This document shows, piece after piece, positions 37,930 through 51,794 of a stretch of 64,000 nucleotides of DNA. Where the stretch lies: NCBI GenBank assembly GCA_003427395.1, contig BFEA01000011.1:3628696-3692695 (forward strand). The letters run 5' to 3'. The DNA comes from Chara braunii (taxonomy: Eukaryota; Plantae; Charophyceae). Each line of letters starts with the position of its first letter. Position 1 is the stretch's first letter. Below the pieces are notes generated by a model, which was given only the letters and a program-made list of their open reading frames with translations, searched no databases and was not told the DNA's origin. The position numbers and the translations under genes were made by a program.

Positions 37930-38460
37930 TCATAGTTTGGGGAGATATGGCTGAGAGAAAACGCCCCTCCTGAGATGCGGAAACTCAGAGGGTTCGGTCA
38001 CTACCTCGTAGTCGATCACTGCTGGTGATATGTATCGCTTGGCCAGATCCACCAGACCACCCCAATAAGAACCATCAGTAAGATAGCAGGGGACAGGAGG
38101 TTTGGGATAATCCGTGAAAAACTTAGGACCAAAACTATAGACCAGCTTCGTATTACCCTTGAGCCTCTCAGCTTTCCACTGCACATACCCGGCTGCTGTT
38201 GCCCATACTGCATCAAAATGAGGGTGTGTCTCATTCCCCTTTTTCAGAAAGATCCGTAAGTCACTGACTGTACCTTCAACGAACTCAGTGAGTGCGATGA
38301 AGATAGGCAGATCTTCGCGCTTAAACCCATCAATACTGACATACCTGTAGGGGAAGCTCTGCCTGGCAGCAATCAGGTTGAGACTGTCAAGGACCGATTG
38401 GTCCACTGTGATGGGGTTGATCTCTCTCATATGGTTGATTGAATAATCACTCCCTGGCAT
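37930..38460 (-). CDS. Orphan 176-aa protein, probably a retroelement accessory ORF
   Basis: Intact ATG-TGA ORF with globular composition in otherwise non-coding sequence; no family recognised. Confidence 0.5.
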   Translation of the reverse strand: MPGSDYSINHMREINPITVDQSVLDSLNLIAARQSFPYRYVSIDGFKREDLPIFIALTEFVEGTVSDLRIFLKKGNETHPHFDAVWATAAGYVQWKAERLKGNTKLVYSFGPKFFTDYPKPPVPCYLTDGSYWGGLVDLAKRYISPAVIDYEVVTEPSEFPHLRRGVFSQPYLPKL

Positions 38461-39012
38461 AAGAAGAGAAAACTATGTTTGATTGATTGATATCCGTTGC
38501 TTGAGTGTTTTTTTAACTCAGTTTTGAATGCTGCTTTAGGTTACCGTTTTCTGGTTGCTGGCTTCTTAGGGTTGTTTCCTGACTGTTGTTTTCTGATAGG
38601 AATGTTGTTGAGGCTACCAACCAGATGCTTGAATAGATGTTGGTCAGTTGCTGGTTAACTGCTGATCAAAGACTGAAAGGTTGCTGGTTAATTGCTGCTT
38701 GACTGAGAAAACATGATACCGTTGAGATTATTGACCTAAGAACTGAGTGGTGTCGAGATTAGTGACTCTGCACGAAGCTCACTGGGTCTGCTTTAAGTTC
38801 ACTGAGTCTGTTCTGAGCTCACTGATCTTGTATAGAATTCACTGATTTTTATTCTGAGCCCTGATTATTGTTCTGCGTGCTGATTACCGCTTTGAGTATT
38901 GAAAATTGCACTGAGTACTGGAAAACTGCTCTGAGTACTGAAAAACCACACTGAGAACTGAGAACTGCTCTGAGTGTTGTTTCTGAGAGTTGTGCTTTTG
39001 GGACAACCAAAC

Positions 39013-39327
39013 TCACGTGAGCTTTGTCCTGGCCTGTTCCACTGTCTCAAGCGAGGAACTGGTGCTGTGCAACTCGCCGTTAACTCCATAGAAATAGATT
39101 ACATATTCGATGTACTTCTCACCCTTCACCCTCTGAACCGCGTGCTCACGCTGAACTTTCCTATTAAATTTCATATCTCGACAGGCTCCTTCCTCCCATG
39201 CCTCTTGCTTGTCTCTGTCTAATTTGCCCTTCATGACCAAAATTTCCTCTTTTTTCATGACTCTTCTCTCAACCGAGTCAGGCGGTAAATTCTTCCACAC
39301 AGAATGGCCCACCACTCTTAGGGCCAA
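39013..39327 (-). CDS. Orphan ORF of about 104 aa, co-oriented with 37930-38460
   Basis: Protein-like composition; non-ATG start in the track. Confidence 0.3.
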   Translation of the reverse strand: MALRVVGHSVWKNLPPDSVERRVMKKEEILVMKGKLDRDKQEAWEEGACRDMKFNRKVQREHAVQRVKGEKYIEYVIYFYGVNGELHSTSSSLETVEQARTKLT

Positions 39328-42300
39328 GAGGGTTAGAACTGACTAGAAATTCTAGTGATTGACTAGAACCCTTGTGTGGATTGCGTGTTGCCGCTTGCCA
39401 GAAAGTTGAAGTAGGGAGAAGGGATGACTAACTCGGTGTGAATTGAGTATTCTACAGGGTCCTACAGGGTAACTCAGTCACTTTCTCTCAAGAGCAAACG
39501 CTGATACACAGAGCTGTTTAGCATGATAGGGAAATCACAAGGGTTGATAAGAGACTGTCTCCCATAAGCCAACTTAAGCAGGTTTTTCAGGACTCAACTG
39601 ATTACCATCTGCCGTCATGATCCGTGGTTGGTCATGATCAGCGGGAATGAGAGAATGCTGATGAATCCCGACTCGAAAATCTTCAAACAATTTGAGCGCC
39701 AAAGTGCTGATTGTGCCCTTATTGGGTGCTGAAAATACCCTTTTAAAACCTCGAGTAACACAAAAGCTTGACAAAAAAAATGATAGCAGGAGTGCAGTGT
39801 TAAACTGGTCTCCGAGATGAGGGGAGAAAATGACTGAGGCAATTGACCCTGACCTGGTTTAGGGCTCTCAAAGTAGTTTTTTCGAGTACCATCGAATCGT
39901 CAAATCACAGTGCTAATTACTCGGTTAAGGCATAGGGTGTCGTTCACCTGTCGCAGAGCGCTGAGGGTTTTGTCTGTTTAATAGTACACCAACAAAACGG
40001 CTCACTCATCGGTGCAATGCCAAGTAGGAGACAACAGGGAGTTGAGCGTGGCCTCACTGATCTGCAGATCTCTAAGTAATGAGGTTCAAGTAAGTCTGCA
40101 CTTTCTTAGGACCTAGCCTGTGCTGTTCACCTGCGTCCAGGTTCTGATACTCAAGTGAGGCTAGCCCGATCAGAACATACCTCCGAAGACAGAGGTTCTG
40201 ATCTCAGGGTCAGAGATAATAGTACCTCGTATGCCCACAAATCAGTCGTTCCCAGGCTCCTCCCTTCTCATTTTGCCTTAAAATTTGCCTTTATTCTTGT
40301 CTTGAAGTGCCATTTCTGACTGGACAACTCAGGGTAATAGATCAACACCCCCAGCCTTTACTCAGCAAACATCGAGTTCTGAAGCGACTCATGCATCTAG
40401 CCTATTCACATCCACCCTACTGCATCACTCGGGTGAAGAAGGAGAGATTTTGATAAGTAGGTAATTTCCAATTAGGACTGATAGGTGCTTCACACGCATA
40501 AGAACTAATGGGAAAAAGGTTCAAAAGCTGTTTTCCACAGACATTCAGCTTGTCAGGCGTGAAGCATTAGACATATCGAGCACGAGGTCACAGGGGCGAC
40601 TCCATAATGTAAAACAAAAACCACCATTTGATTAGCTTTGACCAATCACTAGATTAATCTCCGTCTGTCAGAAATTTTACGAGGAGGTAAGCGATCCCCC
40701 TTAGNGTACGCTGCTTTCTCCCCATCAATCATCCAACTGTGCGTACTGAAAATATTAGGATTATGGCCTACCAATAAGGAGTACTCAGGGTTACACGCTT
40801 TATTCGTGGTCCTCAGAGCGGAGCTCTTCTGAGACGTTGAGCCGAGACAAACATCTATGATTACTAGTTCCTACTCACTCACCCACGCTAACTCATCGTC
40901 AAGCAGGAAAATTGCAGCCTTTCTTGATAGGTCAGGGTCGGTTATAAAAATACCCAAAGAACAATTATTGAGGTTAACATGATCAGCTGCTGCCAGTTCG
41001 AGATGATGATTCTCACTGACTCAGAGACAATGAGCATGACACGTCATCATCATCTACCACGCTTGCAGATGGGAGTCTCGGATGAGCGCTCATTCTGCCA
41101 ATGCTTCTTGACTTCTCCCTCCCTACCAATTTTGTGACTGTTATTCACCAAAGGCCGTGACCATCAATGAGTCACGAGCTAGCGTGTACTTTTTCCCTGC
41201 CCCCAAATTCAGTCTCAAGCACACTTCGTCGGGGTCGCATACTCCATCTTCTTGAAGTCAGGGACACAACGGCCTTAGTTAGTTGCCATAGGAGGTCGTT
41301 GAGTCAAAAGCTAGCTTCATGCTTAGCCGAATGATTAATGTTGCCTCGCCGTCGCTACTAGCTCGGCTACTGGAAAGGCACGTGCAAGTTTCTCTTCACA
41401 CCAGTCTGCTCTAAACACAGCAGTTGCTGCTGATACAGTTGTCTGTCTCCTACATGTCGAATGGGTCGTAAGCCATTCACTGTACGTCCCGCCGGTTTAC
41501 ACAAGGGGGAACACACTCACGCACTATAACCCAGTCGAGTTAAACAACCCCAAGATTAGCCCTCGCCAACAGCTTAGGCAAAGGCGAGAGTGACACCCGC
41601 CACACTTCCGAACTCCAAGACTAGTCCTACGTTCGTACCTTACAGGCGCTCAAAACTATAATCTGAAGAGGGAGAAGAGAGGTGAATAAGAGACCAGACG
41701 GGAACAAGCTGATGATGTCAACTAACATGAGAGGATACCCGTCTACAGTAAAGCGTGTCAGTGTCATTCCACCCGCCAAGCATCAGTGCGGCTCGGGATC
41801 ATCCGACACTCATCTCTACGACACTACCTCAGCCTTGTCAGTGTCACAAGCAAGACCTATCGAATAAAGTCTACTGTCATTGCAATGTCTCGTTTTCACA
41901 CCGTAAAGCCTCATTTCTGGCTTTCATACTTGGACACTATAACCCAAAATCCAAGCGTACCGTCAATGGCCATAGCCAACAGAAGAAAATCCACTCTTAG
42001 TCACCCAAGTACGCGAGAGTCTACTCCGTCTCGAGCCATAGTCAGATCATGCTCATGTAAGACTTGACGTCAACAGCACAGTTCACCACCTGACAAGATT
42101 TCCGCGGGCGAACTCATGACCAGCCGCAATGGGGACAAGAGAACAACGAAAGCCAGTGTTGAGTTATCTCGTTTTCTCTGTCGAGACAAACATGTGCCCT
42201 TATGTCAAGAAAGTGGAACGAATATCGCTCTCCCGGAATAGCTGCCTAAACCGCGCAGAAATATCAGTCTTGTTACATCGGCGGGTGCAAAGTGATGTCA

Positions 42301-43537
42301 ACCATACCACGCACGCTAACCTCTCTCTTTCTCCACTTGTTCGCGTAGTCTCGCATTCTACTCGTGTCACACCCCCGACGTGTGACGCCTCATTTCTTGC
42401 TAGGCCAGAGCTCATGTATGAAACTCTTTCCTCCCTGCTCATTCGGTGTTGCTATCGGTGGTCTTGGCCCATTGTCTATTCCTCACGCATGGGAAACGAA
42501 CTGATGTTAGCAACCATCTCTTAGTCGCCACTGCCCACATCTCTCTCTGCCATTCACTTGCCCGTCTTGGCCTTTGGCATGTCTTTCTTTCACGCGTGTC
42601 CCCCGCCACAGCATGAAGACTCATTGTGGCTCAGTGGACAAAAAAAACAAGGCGTGTGATCGTCGAGACAGCGGTTGACATCCACTACGTCTTGTAGGAC
42701 CGCGACCTGCTCATCCGCGCAGTCTCTCTCTTCCGTTCGTTGACCTCTACTCGCCTCTCTCTGGACTGCCACGTGTAGTCCGCGTATCCCGTCCCTCCGC
42801 AAGGCTGCACTAGCCTCAAGACCCTCGCTGCCGTGAACTTGCCTGGTGCCCGCGCTCCACTGGGTCAGCCAGCGGGTGGTTTCGACGGACCTGGTCCAGT
42901 CCATGCCAGGACTGGATATCCGCCCCCCGTTCGCTCATCTCTGACTCTCCCTCCGAGTCTCGGTCATTATGTTGTACCTCCCTATCAGTAGTCCCCGTAA
43001 ATGAGTCATCCTCATGGTAGGTGACCGTTACCCGCATGCTTGCAGTCACCCCATCCCGCCTGCACCTCCGCCTCAGTAACAGCGGCCTGTAGTCCTTCGT
43101 TCCTCCTCATTTCCTGTTCTTTACCACCGCACACGTTAATTTTTAGCCTCGCCTCCCCGTCAGGTTTACCATAAGTCAGTATAGTCTCTACCACAGTACC
43201 TTTCTCATCTTCTCTCTCCCACATCCAAGAGTACTTCATGTACCTCGGCGTGTAACCACGCAGGCCATTTCGGTCTGCCATAGCTGCTCTTAGAGTAACC
43301 AAGGCCTCTATCAGAATACACGCGTTCAGATAGCTAAGGATAGCCCTCACTACCCTGTACTGGTCCCAAAACCGACGGCATTAACGCGAACACCCGCTGC
43401 TTAGCCATCTGATAGTGAGGCTCCCCCGTCTCTTATGGACCTGTCTCATACCCAGACCCCTGTGCTCTAAACGAAAAGCTTCAAGACTTAGTAAAAATTC
43501 GAAAGTAAACAGAATAATTTTAAAACTGTGATCTTAC

Positions 43538-44056
43538 CTAGGTTACCGGGTCGGACGTCCGGGACCCCCCTGACCGTCCGGGATGTCCGACCGGACGTCT
43601 GGTCAGACGTCGGACCGGACAGGGCATGTCCGACCTAGCGCAAAAAAAGAAAAAAAAAATAATAATAATAAAAAAAAATTGTTGAAACAAATCATGTGGC
43701 TTCCACCTTACATTAGGTGTATGCCACCAAAATTTTGGATCATTTGGGCCAGTAGAATAAATAATAAAAATCTTTAAAGATTCATTCCCCATCTATACCC
43801 CTCCTATCCCCACCAAAAACCCTTCTACTGCCTCCTCCCCCCCCAAATACCACCCTATCAGCAAATGCTCAGAAAAATCTGAATTTTTTTGTGGGGGGTC
43901 TCTAGGCCATGCGCAACACTGTCATAAATTTATTTTTTTTGTGCGAAAATGGCGTCGTTCGGAAATCCGGACGACGGGCGGGGGAGACGTCCGGGGGAGA
44001 CGTCCGGGGGAGACGTCCGGTGGAGACGTCCGGTCTCCGGACCATTGGTAACCTAG
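43538..44056 (+). mobile_element. Complete CTAG-flanked MITE (CTAG-GTTACC...GGTAAC-CTAG)
   Basis: Perfect terminal inversion; repeated GACGTCC subterminal motifs. Confidence 0.9.
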
Positions 44057-44903
44057 GATTTTACATAAAAGAAAACCAAAGAAAAGAAAGGAAAAGAAAA
44101 GAACTTATGGCTGCGATATCCACAGGCCTTCTGCTATCGGTCCCTGTCGCTTCGTCTTACTGAAAAGTGACTGCTATTATGAGGTGATGGTCCCATAACG
44201 GGATACCAGCGATCATATTCCCCTCTTTAAAATACAATTTCGGCCTATCCCCGTTGGGTACCCGTGTCCGATGGCAAGGAGGGGGTTTATGACCCTTCTT
44301 CGGAGGTGATAGACTCCCTACCAATGCGGCCGCGGGTCGCCCTTCTTTTCGGGTCCCACTGCGCGGCGCCCGATCGGGCAAGCTTAGCACGAACAGTTTT
44401 ATGAGGGGTCGGGCCAGCCTAGACCGTCAGGCTGTATTCGTAACTCATAAGAACGAGCCGTCGACCTCTCCCTACGACGTGACAGAACCTAGAAAGGGAA
44501 AAGCTGCGCCTGAAAATCGGTAAGTTGATAGTAATAATAATAATAATAATTGTAGAAAGAAAAAGAAAAACCCTTCTTCAGACCCCACTGTGTCTGCCCC
44601 CCCAATACAGGTACTGGGGGTCCCACCACGCGGAGCTTAGACGCGCAGACCCAATACAGGTGATACACGAAGGGTTGGGCCTGCCTAGGCCGCACGACCA
44701 CCGCCCGAACTCAGAATTCGAGCCGTTGGCCCCGCGAAATGACAGGCCAACAGGAGAAAATTGAAACAGAAAAATTAAGTAACAATAATAATAATAATAA
44801 TAATGGCAGCAAAAATTAGAAAAAGGTAAGGAAAATTGTAACATCACAGTGGTCGGAAGCCACTAGATTTTCCCCGAACTAGAAGCGAGTTCAAATTCGG
44901 CAA

Positions 44904-44936
<33 letters not shown>

Positions 44937-47900
44937 GANNNNNNNNNNNNNNNNNNNNNNNNNNNNNNNNNNNNNNNNNNNNNNNNNNNNNNNNNNNNNN
45001 NNNNNNNNNNNNNNNNNNNNNNNNNNNNNNNNNNNNNNNNNNNNNNNNNNNNNNTTTTTGACAATGACTTCTGCTCTGTGCACCTAACCCATAACCTGGT
45101 TAGAGGGCATTCGGCGCGTAGTAGAAAAGACTGCACCGGCCCTTCTACTTTCGCGTTCTAGGGCGAACCCGGCAGCTACCACGGCCGTAGGCCGGTTGTG
45201 CCCTGCTGTACAACAGGGCGCCGATCCTGCGTGGACCAATGGAAAGCCCTGTGGCGCACCCCTTTTGCTAAAGGCATGCACTGACAGGACCGGTCCACAC
45301 CAGGGTACAGCCCGAACTCTGAGGATCGTGGAGATGACTACTAGCTGCAATACCAATTGGAACTGCGACACCCGAGCAAGAGACCGGTACCAGGCAGGGA
45401 CTTGGTATACAGAGGAGGGTCGGGACACCGCGCCCTCTGACATAATACCAAACCCCCACCCAGCGTCCCCGCTGGGTCGAAACACGCGAGACACTAGATA
45501 TAAAATAATGCATAGCATAGAATCTTCATTCACTTTCTTCGTACCTCAGTGACTTGCTGTAGCGTTTTTGCGGCCGCCATCATCTTCTTCCCCTTTTCTC
45601 TCCCTCTTTAAGTTTGCATAGTTCCTTCTTCTCTTTTTCTTATCCCTCTCATCGTGCATGCTACGTCGCTACTTGGTCTGCGTTGTCTCTTTACTCTTTT
45701 CTTCATTCCCTTCTGCTGCACACTTTCCTCTCTGCTCGTCGCCCTCTTAAGCAGAGCTCGGTCTCACACCATGCCTGAGGCACGTAAGGGATAGGGAAGA
45801 GGAAGAGGAGGGAGAGGGGGTAAAGCTAGGGAGGAGCCGCCGCCTCGTGCACGACGCGATTATAGTTCTGAGGAGGAGGATGATGAGCCACGGGGTTATG
45901 GCGCTCACTCGAGACCCTATCCTCGCCATTCACTCACTGCGTGGTATGAAAAGACTCCATCCCCAGACAGGATGGACTATTTCAGGAAAAAATTCGAAGC
46001 GCGCTATGGCGCACCCAACACGTCCTTTCCTCCTTACTCTCCCAGAGCTCCTACCACCCCTACGGCGAGTAGAGCCCTAGTGGTTGATCCCTCCCTTCCT
46101 TGTACTGCCCCCTCTGCTCCTCATCCCAATAGCTGCATTCTTTTCAACATTTTCTTTCTTCTCTCTCTGTTTCAGATAGAACTCATGGCAATTTTCTATA
46201 TACTGTACAAGCGAGATTTCTTCTCATCTTTCTGATTTCTCAGCTCATACATCACTCATAGTGTCCCAGGCTTAAGAGTTTGAATATCTTGAGGCCAGGG
46301 ACGCAGGTTCCTCGTGAACTAGGCCGCTTGTCGGCCACCAAATAAAATTTTAAAAAGAATTTTGTTTGTGTGTTTGACTTGTTCAACTACTAGTCTTTCG
46401 TATGAAGGTTACCTTAGCTCTTGATCACGCATCTATGCCAGGGATGACCCCAGTAACGAGGGTACTCACTCTGTCTGTCATGCTGGAAATAGGGCATACC
46501 AAACCCTCTTTTCTGTTCTCTGGTCTGAGTGAGACGTTTTCCCAGCTTCTCAGAGCACTTGATGGGGATACCAAACCCTCGTTTTCTTTCTCTGGTCTGA
46601 GCGAGGCGTCTCCTCAACTTCTCAGATAAAAGGGAGGGGATACCAAACCCTTTTCTCTTTTCTCTGGTCTGGGAACTTCAGATAAGTATTTGTATACCTG
46701 CAAAATCAGCAAGTCCCACAGACAACAAGCATGCCCCAACAAGCAAACCCTCTGACAACCAGCAGTCAAACATTAACAAATTAAAATAAAACCTATAAAT
46801 AAAATAATAAGTAACAATTAACAATTAATACATAACTGCTCTTCATACCCAGGATTTATTGATTGCCTTGGTTTCGGTCCACCACTGGCCAGGAATGTCA
46901 GACGTCTCGTCAGTCTGACATACCTCATTCGGCCCGCCTCAGGCCAGGAGTAGTCAGACCATCTGTCTTGACAGCCCCTTCGACCTGCCTCCAGGTCAGG
47001 ACCAGAATACCCACTACTCGAGTATGACAGCCCTTTGGCACTCTCACCAAGACATCCAGACTATAGCGGGTCTGGTCACCCTATGACAGTAAACGTCCCG
47101 TCAGTCAAACTGTCCCGAACCCGGATTTGACCACTGCGGTCAGGGACCGGCTCACCTACCAGTTTTTGGCCAAGGGCGCTGGCTGCCCCGCCCAGATTTT
47201 CGAACGTAGGACCCGGTCTAACTACGATTCAAGGCTCTGGCTAACCTTACTGGATTGCATCCTCTGACTGCGGTAGGGTTCCAACTGACCCCTTTCAACC
47301 TCATAGGCCAGACTCCCTGAGTCTTAGCCTCAGCTGACTACGGAATTCGACACTCGCGTCGGGGACCTGCTGACCCCACTAGATTGCAACCTACTGCGGT
47401 AAGGCTCTAGCCGGCCCCGACAATCAACGCATCCTTAGGTTAGAGAATAAAACTCCCAAGTACAGACAACCAGGAAAGCATATCATGACACACAAGCAGA
47501 CTGTCCGCGCCCCACAACAGGACAAATATTTCTCAAGGGACTTCTCATCAGTCTCAAAAGACACTGAACAATCAACATGATAACCATCACCAAGCCCTTA
47601 CATGAGACCTCCCTTCAGTCTCAAGAAGGATGCGTAGTGCTGGTCCCAGAGAGGTCCGTTCCCTCAACTGGGAATTTTTTTCTTTTTCCAAGAGACGTTC
47701 CGTCATTCCCAAGGAAGTACTGAAATGCTGATCTCAGAGAGGTCTCTTCCCTCATCCGAGCGAAGACAGACCCTTAGCCAAAGGCACGAAGTCCCTCTAC
47801 TGACCACTCTCAGTCAAGTAAAGCTGAACTCCTTTATGCCTGCCTTGATGGACATTTTACTCAGAGACACGGAGACCTGCTGATAACTCTTAGTCAGACA

Positions 47901-48035
47901 GAACTGAACTTCTTCATGCCCACTATGCTCTTCTCTTTATCTTAGGATAGTACTGATCATATCTTTTGATGTGCCACAGCCATGAGCTTCTCAAATTTTT
48001 GACACTGTGTCAACACTTACAAAACTGATTTTACA

Positions 48036-48051
48036 GTTATCCCCCACTCTC
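48036..48051 (-). promoter_or_regulatory. Polypurine tract preceding the 3' LTR
   Basis: Minus strand GAGAGTGGGGGATAAC|TGT, about 300 bp after the integrase stop. Confidence 0.65.
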
Positions 48052-48351
48052 AGGGACTTGACACCCATGGAACGATTGTAGCACTGCATCAAAAGACTTG
48101 ACTTAGTCGTTTGCTAAAACACTGAATGAAGGGACTTGCTGAAAACTGAAATACTGAAACTGAAATGTTGAAACTGAGAGCTGAAATTAAATTACTGAGA
48201 CTGAAATGATGAAACTGAAGTTCTGAAACTGAAAGCCGAACCCGAAATACTGAATTGACTATGCATGAATGATCACAGCCTCTTGAAAATTCAGTCTGTT
48301 GTCTTATTGTCTCACTGTACCATTTTCTCTTAGTTCTCTGGAACTATTCTC

Positions 48352-49617
48352 TTACTTAGATAACTGACCTCTCTTCCCTCTCCTTAAGGTTACTGTAGGA
48401 ATCTGATCTGGCTCTCTGAATATGAACTTCCGAAATCTGGAACCTGATACCATGTCATGAACCCTGGATCCGTCCATTTCTGAAATCTCATAAACCTTGC
48501 CTTCTGCCTCTCCTGTGATTCTATAAGGACCAATCCATCTGGGCTTCAACCTCTTAGTCCATTGTGTCTCAAGAGAGCTGTCAAACAGAAGGACAACATC
48601 TTCAATCTTCAATTTCTCTTTTTTTATATACCTTTTCTTGTTCCATCTTTTTTCATCTGATAGCCTGCTGGATGTCATCCTTTCTGCAGCATCCATCACT
48701 GCTTAGTCAACTTCTGATATTTACTTCATCCGGATCTGAAGAAACTCTGAAATAGAATAGTCCCTGTCACTCTCTTGACTTGACCACGTCTTGACAATAC
48801 TCTCAATAAGAAATGTAGCATATCGGTCGTACTAGAGAGTAAATGGTGCATGACCAGTAGTTCTCTTAACCGTGATATTGTCAGCGTACACATCAGCGCT
48901 TAAAACTTTCGGCCAGTTACTGAGATTTCCCTCACACCACTTGACCAGTGAATCTTTCAAAGTTATGTGGCCTCTTTCAACAGGTGCATTAGCTTGAGGG
49001 TGGTAAGTAGTCACATACCGAATTCTGACACCCAACCTGAGTGTAGTTCTGCTGACAATCTCATTTCTAAATTGTGATTCTCTGTCTGGGACAAATTCTC
49101 TAATAAAAGAATACCTGAGATAGACTTCTTCCATCCAGTCAACCACTTGCTCAACTGTCTTCCTTTTCAGATTTTTTGCCTCAACATATCCAGAGAAATT
49201 ATCTCTCATGTTTAATATGTATCTCATCCTACCCTTGCCCGGAGGCATAGTGATGAGATCCAGATGAACTCGACTACCTGACTCTACCAGGATTGTAGGG
49301 AATAGGGGCTCGATCATTCTTGTGGTTGACCTCTTCTGACATAACACACATGATTTACAGTATTTGTAAATTATGTCTCTCATGTCAGGCCAGAAGTAGA
49401 GTTTGACAGTCTTGGAGTAGGTTGTCTCAACAGCCCTGTGGCCACCAGCAACCCCCTCATATAGAGCAACAATTATCTCTAACTGTCTCTCTTTACCACA
49501 GACCACTCTTAGTGGAGGTAGGCCTCCCTTACCATCCACAAAAAAATGTCCTCTTTTTAGCCTGAATTTATTCATTGAATTTTTACAATAATATTCTTTT
49601 AGCTGTTCCTCTTTCAT
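48352..49617 (-). pseudogene. Integrase (zinc-binding, DDE core, GPY/F)
   Basis: GGH...CKSCVLCQ; VHLDL, FVPDRESQF, QANAPVERGH; WIGPYRI; internal stops. Confidence 0.92.
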
Positions 49618-50039
49618 CTTCTTGCCAATCTCTTGATAATTTTCATCATATTCTTCAAAGAAGAAAAATATCTCTTTTTACTTCTTTTCACTCTCTTCTT
49701 CTTCCTTTGAACTTGAGCTCTCCCCAACTTCATGAGCGGCCACTGCTGCTGCATTGACTTTAGCATACCAATCGTTTGGTTCATCTTCTTCCTCTTTCCC
49801 TAGAATCGACTCATAAACGTATGCGCCGAATTTCTCCCCAACTGTCTCTCTCTTTTGGCCACAGACTTCACTTGTAGGAGCATGGTGCTTCATGATCCTC
49901 ATCATCTTTTTCATTAAGAAAATTATCAACATAGGCAGATTCTTCAATTGTTCCATTCATATCTTCTTCTTCTCCTTCTCGTCACTCAATCCGGCTTAAG
50001 CCATCCGCTCTGTTCTTCTCAGTGGGGATCTTTTCGAGC

Positions 50040-51500
50040 TTAAAATCATATATCCAGATGAAGGCGATTCACCTGCTGACTGTTGGATCCACCTGTTTGT
50101 GCTTTTTAATGGCAACAATCACAGCAGATGCATCGGTCCTCAGGATGAATCTTCTTCCTAGTACGTAGTGCCTAAAGCACCTGAGGCTATAGATGATCGA
50201 CAATAGCTCTTTCCTGAATTGGGTGTAGCCCCTTTCTGTAGAATTGAGAGTCCTGCTCTCAAATCTCAGAGGTCTCTCTCTCTTATTTTCATCTTTCTGA
50301 ATGAGCACTCCACCCAGAGCAACTGGTCCTCCATTCGCCTCAATGATGAAAGGTCTTGCCTCCTCCTCATCATAATATGACACTCTCAGTACTACACCGC
50401 CATCTTTTAATTTTTCCTGTAATGTTTCTGCTGCAGCTTGCCTTTATCATTCCATGCTAAGTTAGCCCCTTGCCTTACCATCTCCCTCAGAGGCTCTACA
50501 AGAGTAGCAAAATGAGGAATAAAAATCCTCCAGAATCCGCAGACCCCCAAGAAGCTTCTGACGTCTATCACTCTTTTGAGAGGCGGAGACCAGTTTAAGA
50601 TCTTATCTATCTTCTTGGGATCCGGACTCCTACCCTTGGACAAACATCTGAAGCTCAAAATAAATACTTCTGGCTGGAAGAGAAGGGACTTTGGTCCACT
50701 GGCAGTTAGATTATACTTTTGAAGTTTCTTTATGACCATCCTTACTCCTTTAGCAGGTTCCCATACAAACTTTCTGACTCCCCTCGCGACCAAAGTCTCA
50801 TCTCTTACCAGAGGTCCTTTTACAGGATTGTCATCAATGTAGGGACTAGTTATTTCAGGAGAAATATCCTGCATGACTTTGATCATATCTCTTTGAACCA
50901 CTGTCACGCCGTTAGTCCAACCCTGAGGTACCACACACATCTGAACAAGCCCCCTTGGCGTGTGCATGACAGTCATTGGTCAACTAGTGGGGTCACTAGA
51001 GAACTGATCATAGTCAGAATACAGATCAACTAAAGAATAAATACATCGACCAGCAAAGGATTCAGAAAGGAGATCAACATTAGGAAGACTACCTGCGTCA
51101 CTTAGCGTTAGATAATTGAGATTCTGAAGATTTTGTATCCATCTTAGCCCGCCCCCTGGTTTCCAGAAAGAAAACCAGTGTTCAGCATACGGATCATTTG
51201 CAGGTTCAGCAACATTAGATGCAATTTTTTTGTCAAGATACTTTACAACTTCCGCCTCTTCCTTCAGGGCATACTTGACTGGCCTATCATTTCATGGAAC
51301 ATGATCAACTGTCTAAATCGTGGCCATCTTGATCATGTACACGTCCAATCGTCCTCTCTCTTCATCATTAAAGGAGAAAGCACCAGAGAATTCCTGACAC
51401 ATCCTAAAGATATATTATTTCTCTTTAGGCAGGATAAACTGGTCGGAGCCTATCTTCATTGTGTCAAACCTCTCTTTGGTGACCCTATTCCCCAGTTTTG
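50040..51500 (-). pseudogene. Reverse transcriptase and RNase H
   Basis: VPQGWTN, YIDD, VRSFLGVCGFWR; RNase H LGGVL...RFESRTL...KEL...FILRTDA; frameshifted. Confidence 0.93.
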
Positions 51501-51794
51501 TTGATTCTCTCAATGCTTTTATAATCTTCCTCTCCTTTTCCAATGCTTCATCATAATTTTTTTCTATTAGGACTGCCACCGGGTTTTTCTTCACTCCTTT
51601 GGACTTGTATTTTTTTTTTGACCCAGTGGCTATTTTCCTAAGAAAGGGTGAGTCGACGCAAATCTTAATTTCATCTTTCCTCCCTTAGCAGTCTCTACAG
51701 CCTTCTTGAAGGCTTCAATTTGTCCGTCCTCATCCTCGAGTTTACCAAGGGTTTTTATCATTTTCGAAACTTGGTTGATTCCCACCGAAATCTC

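Noticed and set aside
44100-44175. Possible third ncRNA relic (LSU complement) after an A-rich run
   Set aside because: Only short patches match and several gaps are needed; not supportable without nhmmer.
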